A DNA stretch of 64,000 bases from NCBI RefSeq assembly GCF_018350175.1, contig NC_058368.1, positions 147,066,001-147,130,000 of the forward strand. Reading direction: 5' to 3'. The stretch is from Felis catus. Lineage: Eukaryota. Below the pieces are notes generated by a model that saw only the letters and a program-made list of their open reading frames with translations, did no database searches and had not been told where the DNA came from. Positions 36,266 to 50,227 of this stretch are shown here, in pieces; within the stretch, counting starts at the first letter, position 1, and each line of letters begins with the position of its first letter. The position numbers were made by a program, and so were the translations under genes.

Positions 36266-39200
36266 TACGGGGAGTAAATCTTAAGTGGAATTAACAAAAG
36301 GCCAAAGTACTCAGCCAACCAATTTGATTGAAAAATTGGCCAATCTGGTTATATTACATCATATAAATTGAATTGTAGATAAACTGAAAGCTATTTTCTT
36401 GTTTTGTTTTGTTTTTTTGTTTGTTGTTTCTCTCTTTTGGTTGTAATGGTTGATGCAGCACCTTAGAATTAACCAGACCAGCTTATATTGTGTTTGACTT
36501 TTCAAGCTTCAAATTCTAGAGCCCTAATAATTAGTGCAGCTCTATTAACCTGTGATAAATGATAATATTTTATTTGGTTCCAAAAAAATCTTTACTCCAT
36601 TACGCTTAACAGGATTTTTCAACGTGCACTTTCACTATTCTTCCAAAAGCATGAAACTGCCATATCAATTGTCTGGAACTGTTAAATCACTTTGCGAAAG
36701 TCTTTGATCACATTTTTTGCTAAAAATTACAGACTCTCTAATGAAGCAAAATGTGAAACGAAATGCTACCTTAATCCAGGAGAAAAGAGAATGAAAGGAA
36801 AACTAACTAACTAAGGAAATTACTTTTCTGTCTGTGGGTCAGTTGGGGTCCTAGCTAACTCAAGAACAGATAAAGATACCTGTTTTCCAAATAACACTAT
36901 CCAAATAACACCAGAATCCAAATAACACTAGATATTGAAATCTCCATTTTGTCTATAAATTTGCAGCTAAAAACAGAAGGAGGTTGGATGGAATACACAA
37001 TGATCTCTGTACCATTGAACAGTTTTGTAGACTTGCTTCTCCTGGAGATTACAAAATAAACTGTTCTTCTGTTATAGATGAATGAACCAGACACTTCAAT
37101 GAGCTGAGTTGTGATTTTGGTATGTGGTACACCTGGGACCTAACAGGGATAGCTAGTGAGCATGGCTGTCTATGAAGTGGAAAACGCTATTTGTGAGTGA
37201 AGCAATATGGGCTCTGAAGGGCAATATTGAAGCTGAAGAAGAAAAAAAACAGCTCTATTATAATACAATGGCACATTAGAGATGGATAAATGGTACAAGT
37301 CATCTGGGCCAGTGGGGGAATGAGAAGGACTTATTACATACTAGGTGGCATAGTTTGGACAGAAATGCTAGACTCTGGTTCTTAGGCCAATATTTTTGGC
37401 ACAGACCTGTGCCTTCATTCTAGAACTTATTCATAAATTTATTTTCTAGATACAGTTCTAACATATTTTCAAAGATTACACTTAAGCACATAGTATCAAT
37501 TAAATAAAAAAAATTTGATTCCTAAGATACAAAATTAAAAAAATAATAAGAGAGTTTTTATGCAAACCATGCCTATTCCCCCAACAAAATTCTCAGTATC
37601 ATAGGAAGAAAACCACTTGGCTGGGATGAAGCAATTAAGAATGCATACTATCGATTTATGGTGAAAAATATCATAAGAATACATGCATAGGAATATGGCT
37701 GTTTAGTATTGAAATAGTGTGAGAAAAATAAGATTTTCAACAGCATTAAAAACTCATCGAACTTATATCAAAAAATGAACCAGGCTCAGAAGTCTCTAAG
37801 TAACAAGATTCATATGAATAGCAGAAGTGCTCTTGAGAAGTAAATGTTAAAACTGTGGGAATAGCCCTGAGAGTTTTCATTTACAATTACAGCTTTTCTA
37901 GAGAAAAGCATTTTTTTTCTATACCTTTGTCATCTCATAAATCTGCTTATTACCATGTGTGTTATAGTTTGTAGAGCAAATTTGTTCTAAATGGTCTAAA
38001 TGGTGTATGATGAGATTTCTAGCCAAAGGAGAATGTTTCAGCCAAAGTTCAGCCTCAGCCTGGTTTATTTGTATGCATACCAGAACCCTGGTTATCTCCA
38101 ATAATTATAGCCCACCCCGCTTCTTTCTCTTCCTCCTCTAAAGCCTTATTCTGATCCCAGTGTTGTGAAATGCGTGGAAGTTTGTGTCCTGAATTTATAT
38201 TCCCTATCGTATTTCATAGTGATAGGTGCTGTAATTCACGTAGTTCAAAAAACATTGAGTGTAAAAGCTTTGTATTAAGAGATATGAGATTCTAGATGAT
38301 TTTAAAAATCAGATGGTTATTAGAGCTGAAAACGTCTTCCGGTTATTTGTTCAGACTTTGTATTTAAAAACATAAAGAAAATGAGAATCTGCCTAAGATT
38401 TTTGTGCTTGTTGGTGGAGCTAAGATTGAAAGTGAAGTACCTTAAATTCTCATCTACTTTGCTTTGTATTATATACCTCAGTAGGCCAGAATCCCTGAAC
38501 TTCCGAAGCTTACTATTTTATAAGAAGGATAAATAGACAATTTTGTACTTGGCTCAGAGAAAAGCAGAGATACAAGATGCTATGGGGTTCAAAATATGAA
38601 TGTTGGAGACAAAGAAAAATTAAAACAAACAGACTACAAACAAAGAAGAGCAATGTGGATTTTATTACTATAAAGGTGTGGCCCCTCTAGTCTTTGCTAT
38701 CTGCACACATGAAATGCATTTGCTATAAAGTTACTAGTTTCACTAAGACTGCTACTCTTCTTGCTGAAGGCTGTGCAATTGTTGCTACAGAAGCCAAAGA
38801 GTGAGTCAAAGGTGGGTGGTGTTCCCAGAGGGAATCAACAACATGAGGCTTAGATATCATGTTAAACCTTTTCATATATCTGAAGCCAAATTTAATCCTC
38901 TCAAGGATCCTGTGAAGTACCTACCAGATATTTTCTTTAAAAACTTATAAACAAACAGGTGAGGATATGTTACCACAATATGACTAATTTGCCTATCTAG
39001 TGACAAAATTTGTGGGGAAGAATGTGAACTTACACTCTGACCTTACTGTTCAAAATTCTATGCCCTTTCTCAATTAAACCGAGGGGGGAAAAAGTCTATG
39101 CCCTTTCCACAATGTCATCTTGTCATTCAAGCCTACTTAAAATTATTCAAAAATTTTCTTTACATGGAAATAAGCTGTGTGTGAGCCCTGCAGAAATTCA

Positions 39201-39764
39201 GCTTCCACACAGGCTGGTTGCCTGCAGGCACTGTAGGAGGGACACTGAATAAGATGCAGGCTTGAATCTTTCCTTTGTTTCTAAGTAGCCTGTAACCTTG
39301 GACCTACTCCTTAACCATCATGAGTCTCCGTTCCCTCGTGTACAAAATGATGAGTATGATATCTCCCCAACATCTTCCACAGAGTTTTTAAGAGGATCAA
39401 TGCAGAAAGCACTCAATAAATCTTTTCTCCATGGATGTTCTTACTCTCACATTTGCCCTCAGACACAAGTTAGTTGTACTGTCAAGATTTATAGTATTCT
39501 TTTTATATCTAAATTGCTGTACAAATATAAGGGATTCCATTATGTGTAAGGCTGCAATGCAGGGCTTTGCTGCTGGCAAATCTGTCCTTCTATTTGTTCT
39601 TCGGTATGATCCATAGAAAGGTTCAGTGAGAGTAATTATTATTTTTATTCACTGTAAAGACAGTTTCACTTTTCAAATGTATTAACAACACTTTGTGACT
39701 TGATGAGGTTCACAATATCCTGAGTTAATTTTATGAACTTGGAAGCATCTTTAATAGGTGGCTA

Positions 39765-39860
39765 TATTTATTTACTTTTGTTTTTAAGGAAGCTCTACAC
39801 CCAGTGTGGGGCTTGAACTCACGACCCTGAGATCAAGCTTCTATACCAGCCAGGTGCGCC
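39765..39860 (-). mobile_element. Short internally deleted CanSINE
   Basis: gctctacacccagtgtggggcttgaactcacgaccctgagatcaag...ccaggtgcgcc; TSD ctatatttatt on both sides. Confidence 0.8.
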
Positions 39861-42800
39861 TATATTTATTCTTGTGAAACTGTGTAAGGGTCAAAATAAT
39901 TTTAAAATTCATGCTTTATCTTAAAATTTTAGGAATAGAAACACATTGTGGCACACTACTGTAAATTTTATTTTTTTTAAATTATGTTTTTAAAATAAAT
40001 ATGTAACACATGTGGGGGCTGCATTCATTGGACAGGAAATACATAATGAAGCAAGACTTGGAAAAAATGACAGCATACACTCATTGAGTAGTAGGACATG
40101 AATTACAAATAGAACAAAGTGAATTCATCATGTCGTTTTCTTTTCAATGGTTACTTATTCTGTCATCTGTTAGTATTGATCATAAATTGTGTCACTTCCA
40201 AGAAAGGTTCTATATAAATCCAGAGGAACAAACAACACATTCCCAAAGAAGGTCTGTTTTAGTCTACTGAGTCATTATAGATGTCACTTTTCTTTGACCA
40301 TCGTATGAAAAGTTGTCCATGGTAGAAAAACAAAAATCATTGACTTACTTGTGCATTTATTGGCCCACCTGTGCATATATTGGCCCTATTCTTCTATGTC
40401 TAACTAAATTCCTCCTCCTCTCTGGAGTCGGGCCACCCAAGTCCATAGTCATCTCTTTCTTTTGGGAGCTCTTCAGGTCTGGTTGTCTAAAGTAGGCAGT
40501 AGGCAATCAGCATAGAGTAACTTGCACTGTTTTGTATCTAAGTATAAATTCTGACTCTACATTTGGATGCGAGACTCTTACATCTGATGTTTCTCTGCAC
40601 CCTTTGCCTCAATTTGGCATCTGCTTTGTTAGATGACCATACAAATACCTGATAAGACTTGTGAAGAACTGATATTTAAGAAACATTTCCAATATTTTAA
40701 CTCCTGTTTCCTCAAGCAGACTAATTCCCCTAAAGGTAGGAGAGATGTTTGGTTTCTCTAATGTCTTTGGGTTTAGTACAATGATAGGCCAGAAGGGCAT
40801 GAAGAAAATATTCAGTGGATCTCTCCACAGCTGTCGTGACTCTCACATTTACCCTCACACTCAATCTTGTTCTACACCCAAGAATCATAAAATGCCATCA
40901 GCACCTGGCTCCCCTCACTCCTTGTGATGTGCTATGGCTTAGTTGGAATAACCAGAGAAGTTCATAAATCACCAATGCAAAGAATTGGTGAGGTCTTCCG
41001 AGGCTAGCCTCTCTCTGGTGGTGTTAGAGAGTCATTAACTCTGGAATTACAAAACTTCAAATCCTCAAAAGGCAAAGGGAAAACTCTGACCCTGGGGCTG
41101 ATTCTAATATGCACTGCAAAAACTCTCATTTCTCTCTTGAAATGTGAGAGAGGAAAACAACACAGGGTGCCTAACATACTTTTCTTGGGCTTTTAAGTAA
41201 TCACTTGTGAAGGGCTGGATATGCAAGACCTATTTTCATCCTATTTCCTAGCAACATAAATTTGAACAAGAAGCCCAAAATGGGCTAATCAGGCTGGTTC
41301 TAACTGAACCCTTGGTTCCGTTCCTGAGTTGTTGGAAGTTGTGTTCTAATTTAGTTCTAGCTTTCTGGTAAGACTGTCCTGGGAGGTCCTGGGACTGCCC
41401 CACAGAGCACTGGTCTTCCAAAAGAGCTCTGCAACCAAAGGGCTCATTGGCCAAGTTAGTGTGGGGGAATCCTATAATTAATTGCCCTTCCTGAAGATTC
41501 ATAATGAATATTAGTACATTAACATGCAGATTTAACTTTGTGCAAAAAAAGAAAATGCTTTCCTTTTATGATCTCATGTATTTCTTCTAGTATTAGCCTT
41601 CTAAAGGTAAGATTTTATAAAATGCTGTTTTATACATATAATATACCTTTTTACTGTGATACATAGAGAGAGACATTTCTTAGATTCTAAAAACAGATCT
41701 TACCCTCATCTGAGCCTTATATTCAGCTACTAATTGCTTTAATAATTTAGGAGACTTAGACAGATTGGGAATGACTCAAATTTATATTCACCCAAAGGAA
41801 ATATGGATTAAGAAGATTGCTTTCTTATGGGCCATTTCTCCAGAGATAGTTGCCTGAATTAAGGAATAAAATGTCAGGTCAAACTAATTTCTTATTACAA
41901 TCTAGCAATCTAAATGGCAGCCATTGAGGTAAGTCCAGAGGGAGTTACATTTACAAGGGAACAGGTTTATTGACTACTTAAAATCAATCCTTCTTCACAT
42001 CTCTTCAACAGTTAGAGAATAATTTTTACTGGGTTAAAGAGGTCATTCTCTTTTAAAGAAATTTTGACCCTCGATATGGCTAGCTTTGCAGAGGGATGTA
42101 AAAGTTGGTTACACAGACATACAGACACACAGATACACACACACACATACTACAATGATATTTGTCCCAATGATCTATCTATGTAATTACCTACTTCTCT
42201 TAGCAAGAACAGTAAAATTTGATAAGAAACATCTAAATATATACATATCATTTCCCCTTCCATAACATAGCTGTATTAGACAAATATCTAATTCTCTTTT
42301 GCATTTCCTTACTAGAAGTAAAAGCTACTTAAGTATGCCACTAAACAATCTTTAATATACAGACACGTACCTGCCAATAATATCTACTTCAGGTAGAATA
42401 AAGACAAACATTACTTGATACTAAAAAAAGAAGGAAAAGTAAGTTGAAGAGAAAAAATGTCAAGTAGAAAAAATGCATTGAAACTGAACATAAAAATAAA
42501 ATTGGGAAACAATTCAATTTTTTAAATGAGCTTAAGAAATGACTGGCAAATCCATTCTTTATATTTTAAGATGCAGTAAAGTGTGGAAATTACTTATGCT
42601 TTTATGTCATGCAGCAATGTATGAACTAAAACATTAAGTACCTCCTGCAAATATCTAAGTTTATTTTAATCTTGTATGAATTTAAGAACAATAGATATTG
42701 GGGACCATGAATGTAGTCTAGACACCAGTAAAATACCACAAAATCTTGTCCTTCAGAATAGTATAACTATTAAGTAATGTTTTGACATAAATATTCTACT

Positions 42801-43696
42801 GATTCAACAATTTTTAAATTACACAGAAAGTTTAAGTATAGATTATTTGCCTGCACATTGTTCCACATAGCCTGTAATAAGATGCTTAATATAAATGTAA
42901 AAAATTTATTTGGCTACTTAGACTGTATTCAAATTTGACTCTGAAGAGAGGCGTTCTTTATGAAAAAAAAAACAGCTGGGTGTCAAGGTTCCTATTAACC
43001 TGTCTTATTAGGCCTTTTCTCTTTATATTATACTGTGGACCTAATCACCAACTGACATAAGCAAAATGGCAAATCATCCCATTGTCAACAACGAAAAAAC
43101 CTTGAACAATTATTTCAATATATAAATCACTTGCAAGATTACAGTTCAAATGATACAATAGCACTGCTCAATTTAAACCACATCTTTCTGTAATGCTGAA
43201 AAGCAGATTAAATTTGAATAATTAATTTTAATGTTTTCATTTATATGTGGTTCATTAAAATTTTACTTGTTCTGAGCAATTAATGATGGACTATAATCCA
43301 ATTTCCAGGATTTAGAGATTATTTCCACACAGATTAGCCCTGGTGTTTATACCAGGCAAACCTTCTTAGAGGCAATGCAAAATTTGTAACTATACTTCAC
43401 TTCTAATTGGCCTGACTCAGGCATGCTATAACTAAGCAGACCCTTTATGGTATTCTATTCTCAAAGATATTGTAGCTATTTTGTGGAAAATATCTTTTGT
43501 TAATTAATTTTCAATCACTTCTAAAGTACAGTGCAGTCCTGTGACACTACTCCTAATAGCCTACTTAAAATTAAATATTATTTAGCATAGCCAAAAAAAT
43601 GTTTTAATAAACTTTCCTTACCATCAGTATTTCATTTGCCATTTCCTTCTGTCCTGTAACACCTCTGGTTTTCAATCATTTATTCATTTATTTTAA

Positions 43697-43829
43697 GATA
43701 GGTAGATAGAAAGAAAGATAGTTACAGAGATACAGAGATGGATGGATGGATGGATGATGGATAGATAGATAGGTAGATAGAAAGATAGATAAATGATAGA
43801 TAAATAGATAGATAAATAATAGATAGATA
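43697..43829 (+). repeat. Compound (GATA)/(GGAT)n tetranucleotide microsatellite
   Basis: gatag/gatgg arrays read directly. Confidence 0.9.
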
Positions 43830-44009
43830 CGTAGCCCTGAGCCAGACACTCTTCAGGATATACATGTTTAAGTTCAGAACTTGGTCCCCTAAGAAGTTTA
43901 CAGTATTGCAATGGTGCCATAATATAAAGCAACATGGTAAAACCTGGAGTAGGAAGAAAGGAGATTGAACAAGGAGTCAAAATCTCTTGGCTTTAATCGT
44001 GAATCTGCT

Positions 44010-44400
44010 ACTTGTAGCTGTGAAATGCTCTAAGCTCCAAGTAGCAGAGAAACCCCATCAAGAATGACTTAAATACTCACTGAAATTTATTATTTCGCAC
44101 AACATGAAGACTTAAAATGGATTAGCTCCAGGGTTGGTTAATTAAGGAGCTCATGAGTATCCCCAAAGACACAAGTCCTTCCCAATTCTTTTCACTCCAC
44201 CATCTTCAGAATATTGATTTTGTCTTTCCAAATAGCTTCCTTCAGTATCCTAAGATGGCTGCCACAATTACCTGCCACATCATATGCCAACACATCAACA
44301 TTCAACATTATTCAGCAAAACCACATTTAACTAAAGAAAAGTTGTCTTTTACCTTATAACCAAAGACAAAAGACTGGGCTGTTGCCACCATGAGTTTACT
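44010..44400 (-). mobile_element. Old MaLR LTR (MLT1J/K-like) fragment
   Basis: aatttattatttcgcacaac...ctccagggttggttaatt...cctaagatggctgcc. Confidence 0.55.
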
Positions 44401-44547
44401 ATATGTCCCCTGCACCCTTTGCCACTTCACTAAACTGGATTAATAAGATTTTCTCAAAGGAATTCTAACTGAGCAATGGCTTGTTAACTTAGACTAGTTG
44501 CTTGATAAAGATGAAATAAATTTTGTTCTATGAGAAGTCCTAATACC

Positions 44548-44712
44548 TTGCTACTCAAAGTGTTGTCCCTGGACCAGTAACACTGACATCACCTGAGAGC
44601 TGGTTAGAAATGAAGAACGTATGTCCTCACTTCAAGACATACTGACTCAGAATCTGCATTTTAACAAGATGCCTAGGTGACTCAAGTGCACATTAAATTT
44701 TGCAAGGCATTA
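44548..44712 (+). mobile_element. MER5A hAT MITE
   Basis: gctactcaaagtg...ggaccag...catcacctgagagct...gaatctgcattttaacaagat...gcacattaaa. Confidence 0.85.
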
Positions 44713-46571
44713 TTATTCTAATAAACCCTACAGATATTTTGAATCCAAATATTTCATTAGAATTATGCTATCATTGATATTTTCATAAGAAAGCATTTTC
44801 TGAAGCAAATTGCATTGAGCCAACTTAATTTTTAATAAATTTTAAAATGTTTCCTTCTTTTTTATTTTCTTCCCATTATTTTATTTGATCAATTCTTCTC
44901 TAAGTAAATTATATAACACAGATTCAATTCACTCACCCTCTTTTCTTTTGTATATAAAATTATATTTAACTTGTGCCTACTATGCCTCTTTTTTTTGAGG
45001 GGGAAAAGACATTTCGACTAAGTTCAGTTTTCCTGGCTTAAATTTACCATCTTTAACTTTTGTTAAAAATATTTTATTTCCATTAATATTTAGTCAATAC
45101 AAATTTTACTATTTTTGGTTTTAGCCACTGACAACTTTATTTTTGATTATTTCTAATTGATAATAATTATATTTTCATTTAATAATGAAAATAAGTTTCA
45201 TTATTTAAAAAAACTAACTCCAATACTGATCTTCAAACCAATTAAATAGCTGCAGCTATCTTACAGTAGTGGTGTCTACTAAGGTCTTAAATTTAAAAAA
45301 AAGGTCTTAACATTTAGGTTCAAAATGGCTCATGTAAGAACATCTTGTTTATCTCTGGTATCCTTTGAATTCAAGCTAGATTACATTAGTTTTTGTTTGT
45401 ACAATGTGAAGACATTATCAGAGAGAAGAGTAAGTGTTTGTTAGTATAAGAGTATCTACAAATAAAAATTCTACTAGAATATAATTTCCTAAAGAGTAAG
45501 ATCTATGCCTCATTCTTGTTTACCCCCCTACAAGAATCACAAGTGGTCAAAACATTTGTTGAAATAGAGAAGGAAACGTAATAAACATAACAATTCTCAA
45601 AAACATGCTATAAGAATTCAGGGAAGGGAAACTTGCTCCTATCTGGGTTATGAGAAGTTTTCATGCAATAGTTGGTATTCCTTCCGGAGGGTACAGCATA
45701 ATCCAAATACGGAGATGGAAATGCCCAGAGCTTTTTCTGGGACACTGTCCATTTTGATTAAGTGTAAAATGCCTATGAGCTAACAATGGAATGTAAATTT
45801 GGAAAGGTAATAAGTCAGCATTCTTATCAGTGAGATAATTAATCTAGTAGTGCATACTAGACAGGCATAGAAGGTGGAGAGGGGAATGAGGGGAGGGAGG
45901 TGGTAAGATACTGACAATAGTGAAATCAGTGCATAGGATATTGCAGAGGGAATAAGAGCCTGCACCTAGAAAATAGGAACTAAGGTGGAATAAAAGAAAC
46001 AGATCCTGAAGACACTTCATAGTGAGGGTTTCTCCTACCCTTGACCCTCTTCTCTTTTCGTTCTGTTTTTTTCTCCTCAAGGAGCGGAGTTATTTGCTAA
46101 TAACTTTCAAATTCTAGTTTGCTCTCTCCTGAACTGCAGACATTTTAATCATTTTAGACTAACCCCTGGGCATTTCTTCCACCATGTTTTATATGAACCT
46201 CAGTGTCTCAAAAATAATCTTTCATGTTCTTTCCCAAACTAAGATTTCCTTTCTTGATGACTACATTGTGAAATGTAAAACTCAGCCTTATATACTACTG
46301 GTTATGCAGGACTACCAATTTTAATTCACCTTTCCATTTTTCTCTTTGCCTAAGCCCATTGCCTCTGCTATAATCAGGGTCTTATCATTTTCCCCCTACC
46401 TTTAGAGTGTTTTTCTAACTTGTCTTCCTGTCCAGTGTCTTCATCCTTCAAATCCATCCTTCACACAGCTACCAGAATAGTCATCTTGTCTTTGGGAAAT
46501 GTAATGAGTTATAATGGAAAGGGCAACTCAATTTAGAATCAGATATGTAAATTAAAATTTTTATTCTACTA

Positions 46572-46791
46572 GGGGTGCCTGGGTGGCTCCATTGAGTGTC
46601 TCACCTCGGCTCAGGTCATGATCTCGCAGCTTGTGAGTTCGAGCCCTGCGTCGTGCTCTGTGCTGCCAGTTCAGAGCCTGGAGCCTGCTTCAGATTCTGT
46701 GTCTCCCTCTCTCTCTCTGCCCCTACCCCACTTGCATTCTTTCTCTCTCTCTCTCTCTCTCAAAAATAAACATTAAAAATTAAAAAAAAAT
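46572..46791 (+). mobile_element. CanSINE inserted in a MIR
   Basis: ggggtgcctgggtggctc head; TSD aaatttttattctacta / aaattttgattctacta; MIR-like flanks at about 46500-46960. Confidence 0.93.
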
Positions 46792-46972
46792 AAATTTTGA
46801 TTCTACTAGATATTAGTTATGTGGCCTTCAGCAAGTTATTTATCTGGAACTCAAGTTCAAAAAATTTTCCTATTCTGAAAATTAAATGGAATTGTATATA
46901 TATATATAATGTGCTAAGCATAGTACTTAATAGGCATTGGATAAATACATATCACATAAGAAAATTTCCATT

Positions 46973-47193
46973 GAGGGACTCCTGGATGGCTCAGTAGGTT
47001 AAGCAGCTGACTCTTGGTTTTGGCTCAGGTCATGATCTCACAGTTTGTGGGCTCTGTGCTGACAGCACGGTGCCTGCTTGGGATTCTCTCTCTCCTTCTC
47101 TCTCTGCCCCTCTCCTGCTTGTATTTTCTCTCTCTCTTTCTCTGTCTCTGTTTCTCTCTCTCTCAAAATAAATAAATAAACTTAAAAAAAAGA
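46973..47193 (+). mobile_element. CanSINE
   Basis: Head gggactcctggatggctcagtaggttaag, (CT)n tract, A tail. Confidence 0.9.
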
Positions 47194-48044
47194 AAATTAA
47201 CATCAAAAAAGATACAACAATATATTTTTTTAACATTCTGGGTAAAACCAGGATTAGATACTTCTTAGCTTAATATAGTTAAATAGCATCAATTTCTTAA
47301 CGATGAGGCAATTAAGTTAATATTAGGATCCGTGTTAATTGTTTAGGAAAATACAATTCAACTTCACTGTAGAATTAACTGTTTTCAGTGAATCTTGGCT
47401 CATGTCATAATAAAGTAATAGATAAAGAAACCCTCTTTGATATGTGGGTTATTGGTCTCTGAACCAAGTGAACCCAAGTAATGTGTGCTGAAAAAATTTT
47501 CATGCCCCATGTAAGCACATTAGGTTGGCTCTACTCTTTTGGATTAGTGTCCAGATAAGTACCTTTTCTATTTGGGCATGCTACATGATAACCAATGAGA
47601 AGAGACATTACAAGATGCTATGGCACCGTTAGAAGGTAAGATAATTAGGAGTGACAGAAAGGTAAGGAGGTGAATGCAATAATATTTATATTTTGATGGC
47701 AGCAGGAAAGAAACGTAGGATTATGATTCGAGCTATTTTTTCCCCTAAAACTAGAAGAGACCTAACCTTTTTTTTGTACACAATGAGTGGAAAGAAATGA
47801 GAGACTCAACCTGTAGTACAGAAGTATATAACCGAAGCATCAAATGAGGTAGGAGGAACTGTAATTGAGGATTACATGATCATGGATCCAGATTAAAAAA
47901 AAAAATACTTGATAAATGTGCCTTGATAATGTTAAGCCTTGATAAAAAGAAAGAGTCCTCTTCTATGGAACTAGTAAGAAAGGAGGAGAGGATTCTTGTA
48001 GCTGAGGTAAATTTGTGCCTATGAATCATTTCCAACCCTGTCTG

Positions 48045-48200
48045 CACGTTAGCCTGACCCAGAGAGCTTCTACAAAATGAGCGATATAAGGGCAGCACCC
48101 TGAGACTCTGATGTAATACATCTGGACAGGTTTCAGGCACAGGAATTCTTTAAAGCTCCCCAAGTGATTTTCATGTGCATCCGGGGCTGATTTCCACAGA
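48045..48200 (-). mobile_element. MER5-like hAT MITE
   Basis: ctttaaagctccccaagtgattttcatgtgca motif. Confidence 0.6.
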
Positions 48201-49104
48201 GTTGGTTTGTTGTAGAGAAAAGAGAAAAATGGTAGATAAATGACTCTAGGAGAGATCATCTCGATCTCAGTGGCTATGAAAAAAGTAAAGTCTTTTACAG
48301 GATGAGAGAAGTGTTTATGGGATAGAGAAACTTTTGAAGTTTGTGTAAAAGGCTTCTATTCCTTATCATGCTGCTTCTGTCTACATCAATATCTGGTGAG
48401 CAATACATAGACATCAAGAACACACCCCATAAAGAAGAGGAGCTTCATAGACTCATCCATCGGCTGTCAAGGCCCTAAGATAACGTTCAGGGGAAGTGGG
48501 GTGGTAGATTTCAGAAGAGACGGCACAAAGAATATAATGTGGCTTAGTGACATAGTTTTTTCATCCATCTTAGAGGAAAACACAAAAGAATAACATAAAG
48601 AAGACATTGTAAAGGGTGCATATGTGGGTAGAACATACTTTTGGTATGTATTATGAATTTATACTTTTATTCAAAGACTTGCAATTCTGCTGCATAAAAC
48701 ATCTATAGGAGAGTGCAAATAAGCAAACATGATACATGAAAATACACAAAACCAGTGGACAGTTCACTGGAAAAATTGTAAACTAACTGTATATGCATAG
48801 CTATATGCACATATAAAATTACACATATATATTCACACAGAGTATTTATGTGTATATATAATATTGTCTACATATAATTTTAAATTTGAGTAAATGATGT
48901 CCTGTGTTGAAGTTATAAACATAGATTTATATATTTCATAAAAAGTAATAAAAGAAAAACAGACATAAAAAGCTACTTTAATGTTTTTACCAAAAGGGGG
49001 TATGCAACTTTCTTAAGACCGAGATAGTCTTTATCACAGGTATTTCTTTGAGAATTGCTTTGGTATTCTGGAGCTAGTTGGAATAGGAAAAAAAATACTT
49101 AAAA

Positions 49105-49318
49105 TTTTTTTTATGCTTATTTATTTCGAGACAGAGAGAGACAGAGTATGAGGGGAGGGAGGGGCAGAGAGAGAGGGAGACACAGAATCCGAAGCAGGCT
49201 CCAGGCTCTGAGCTGTCAGCACAGAGCCCAACGCGGGGCTTGATCTCATGAACCGTGAGATCATGACCTGAGCTGAAGTTGGTTACTCAACCAACCGACT
49301 GAGCCACGCAGGTGCCCC
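49105..49318 (-). mobile_element. CanSINE
   Basis: Full body; TSD ggaaaaaaaa(a)tacttaaaa at 49086-49104 and 49320-49339. Confidence 0.95.
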
Positions 49319-49469
49319 TGGAAAAAAAAATACTTAAAATTTTATGTTCAGGTACACTAAAAACATGCAATAACTTCTTTCATCTCTTTCCTGTATGAAA
49401 TGGAACATACTCCAACTGCAAGATATTCCTAAAAGAGCAATAGTAAGAAAAGCTTCTCTAGTGGTAGGC

Positions 49470-49800
49470 TTCATTAACTAAAGTCTATGTCTATCTACAA
49501 ACTCGGAGGCAGAGACACCCTACACTTTATCCATCTCACCCCATACTGAGTAGAACACTTATGGGGAATTGTGTTCAGTTTTGGGGACCACATTTTAAAA
49601 GAGCTATTTCCAAAAATGCACTGAGAGAAAGAGAAATGAGTTTGCTAGAGGTACCATACTCTATTTACAATGTACAGGTTAGAAAGTGGCTAGAAACTAA
49701 CAGGAGCATTTTCAAGAAAGGGCAATTTAATAATCTGAATAACCCAACCATGTATGGAGTTCCCTGTAACTGGAATTATCTAGGTATAGGCTCAGTGACC
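49470..49800 (+). mobile_element. L3/CR1 LINE fragment
   Basis: attgtgttcagttttggggaccacattttaaaagag is the characteristic CR1 RT 3' motif (CVQFWGPHFK). Confidence 0.65.
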
Positions 49801-50003
49801 ATACATCTATCAAAGCTATCGTGGAAAGATTCTAAACATCAGGTGTTTAGAACTCATCACGCTTTAGGTGTTTAGAGCTTTGATCTGGATGACATTAAAG
49901 TCATGTAACACAATTTCTAAATATGTAACACAATTATTAGGAAAAAAGACACATGTAGTGGACAGTTAATGGTATAACGGTGCTCGTGTTTTTTGTTTAA
50001 GTA

Positions 50004-50227
50004 TTTTTTTTTAAATTTTTTTCAATGTTTTTATTTATTTTTGTGACCGAGAGAGACAGAGCATGAACGGGGGAGGGGCAGAGAGAGAGGGAGACACAGA
50101 ATCGGAAACAGGCTCCAGGCTCCGAGCCATCAGCCCAGAGCCTGACGCGGGGCTCGAACTCACGGACCGTAAGATCGTGACCTGGCTGAAGTCAGACGCT
50201 TAACCGACTGCGCCACCCAGGTGCCCC
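50004..50227 (-). mobile_element. Young felid CanSINE (CpG-rich)
   Basis: Many intact CpGs (gacgcggggctcgaactcacggaccg); TSD aagtattttt 49999-50008 / 50228-50237. Confidence 0.96.

Noticed and set aside
36886..36930. Repeat-spacer pattern reminiscent of a CRISPR array
   Set aside because: 12-bp repeats with 2-5 bp spacers in mammalian DNA; not CRISPR architecture.
43622..43653. Minus-strand coding-looking stretch GQKEMANEILM with a gtaagg donor
   Set aside because: It has no polypyrimidine tract and abuts an L2 tail and microsatellite.
45181..45205. Short perfect hairpin aataatgaaa-ataag-tttcattatt
   Set aside because: A 10-bp AT-rich stem is expected by chance in 64 kb of AT-rich DNA.
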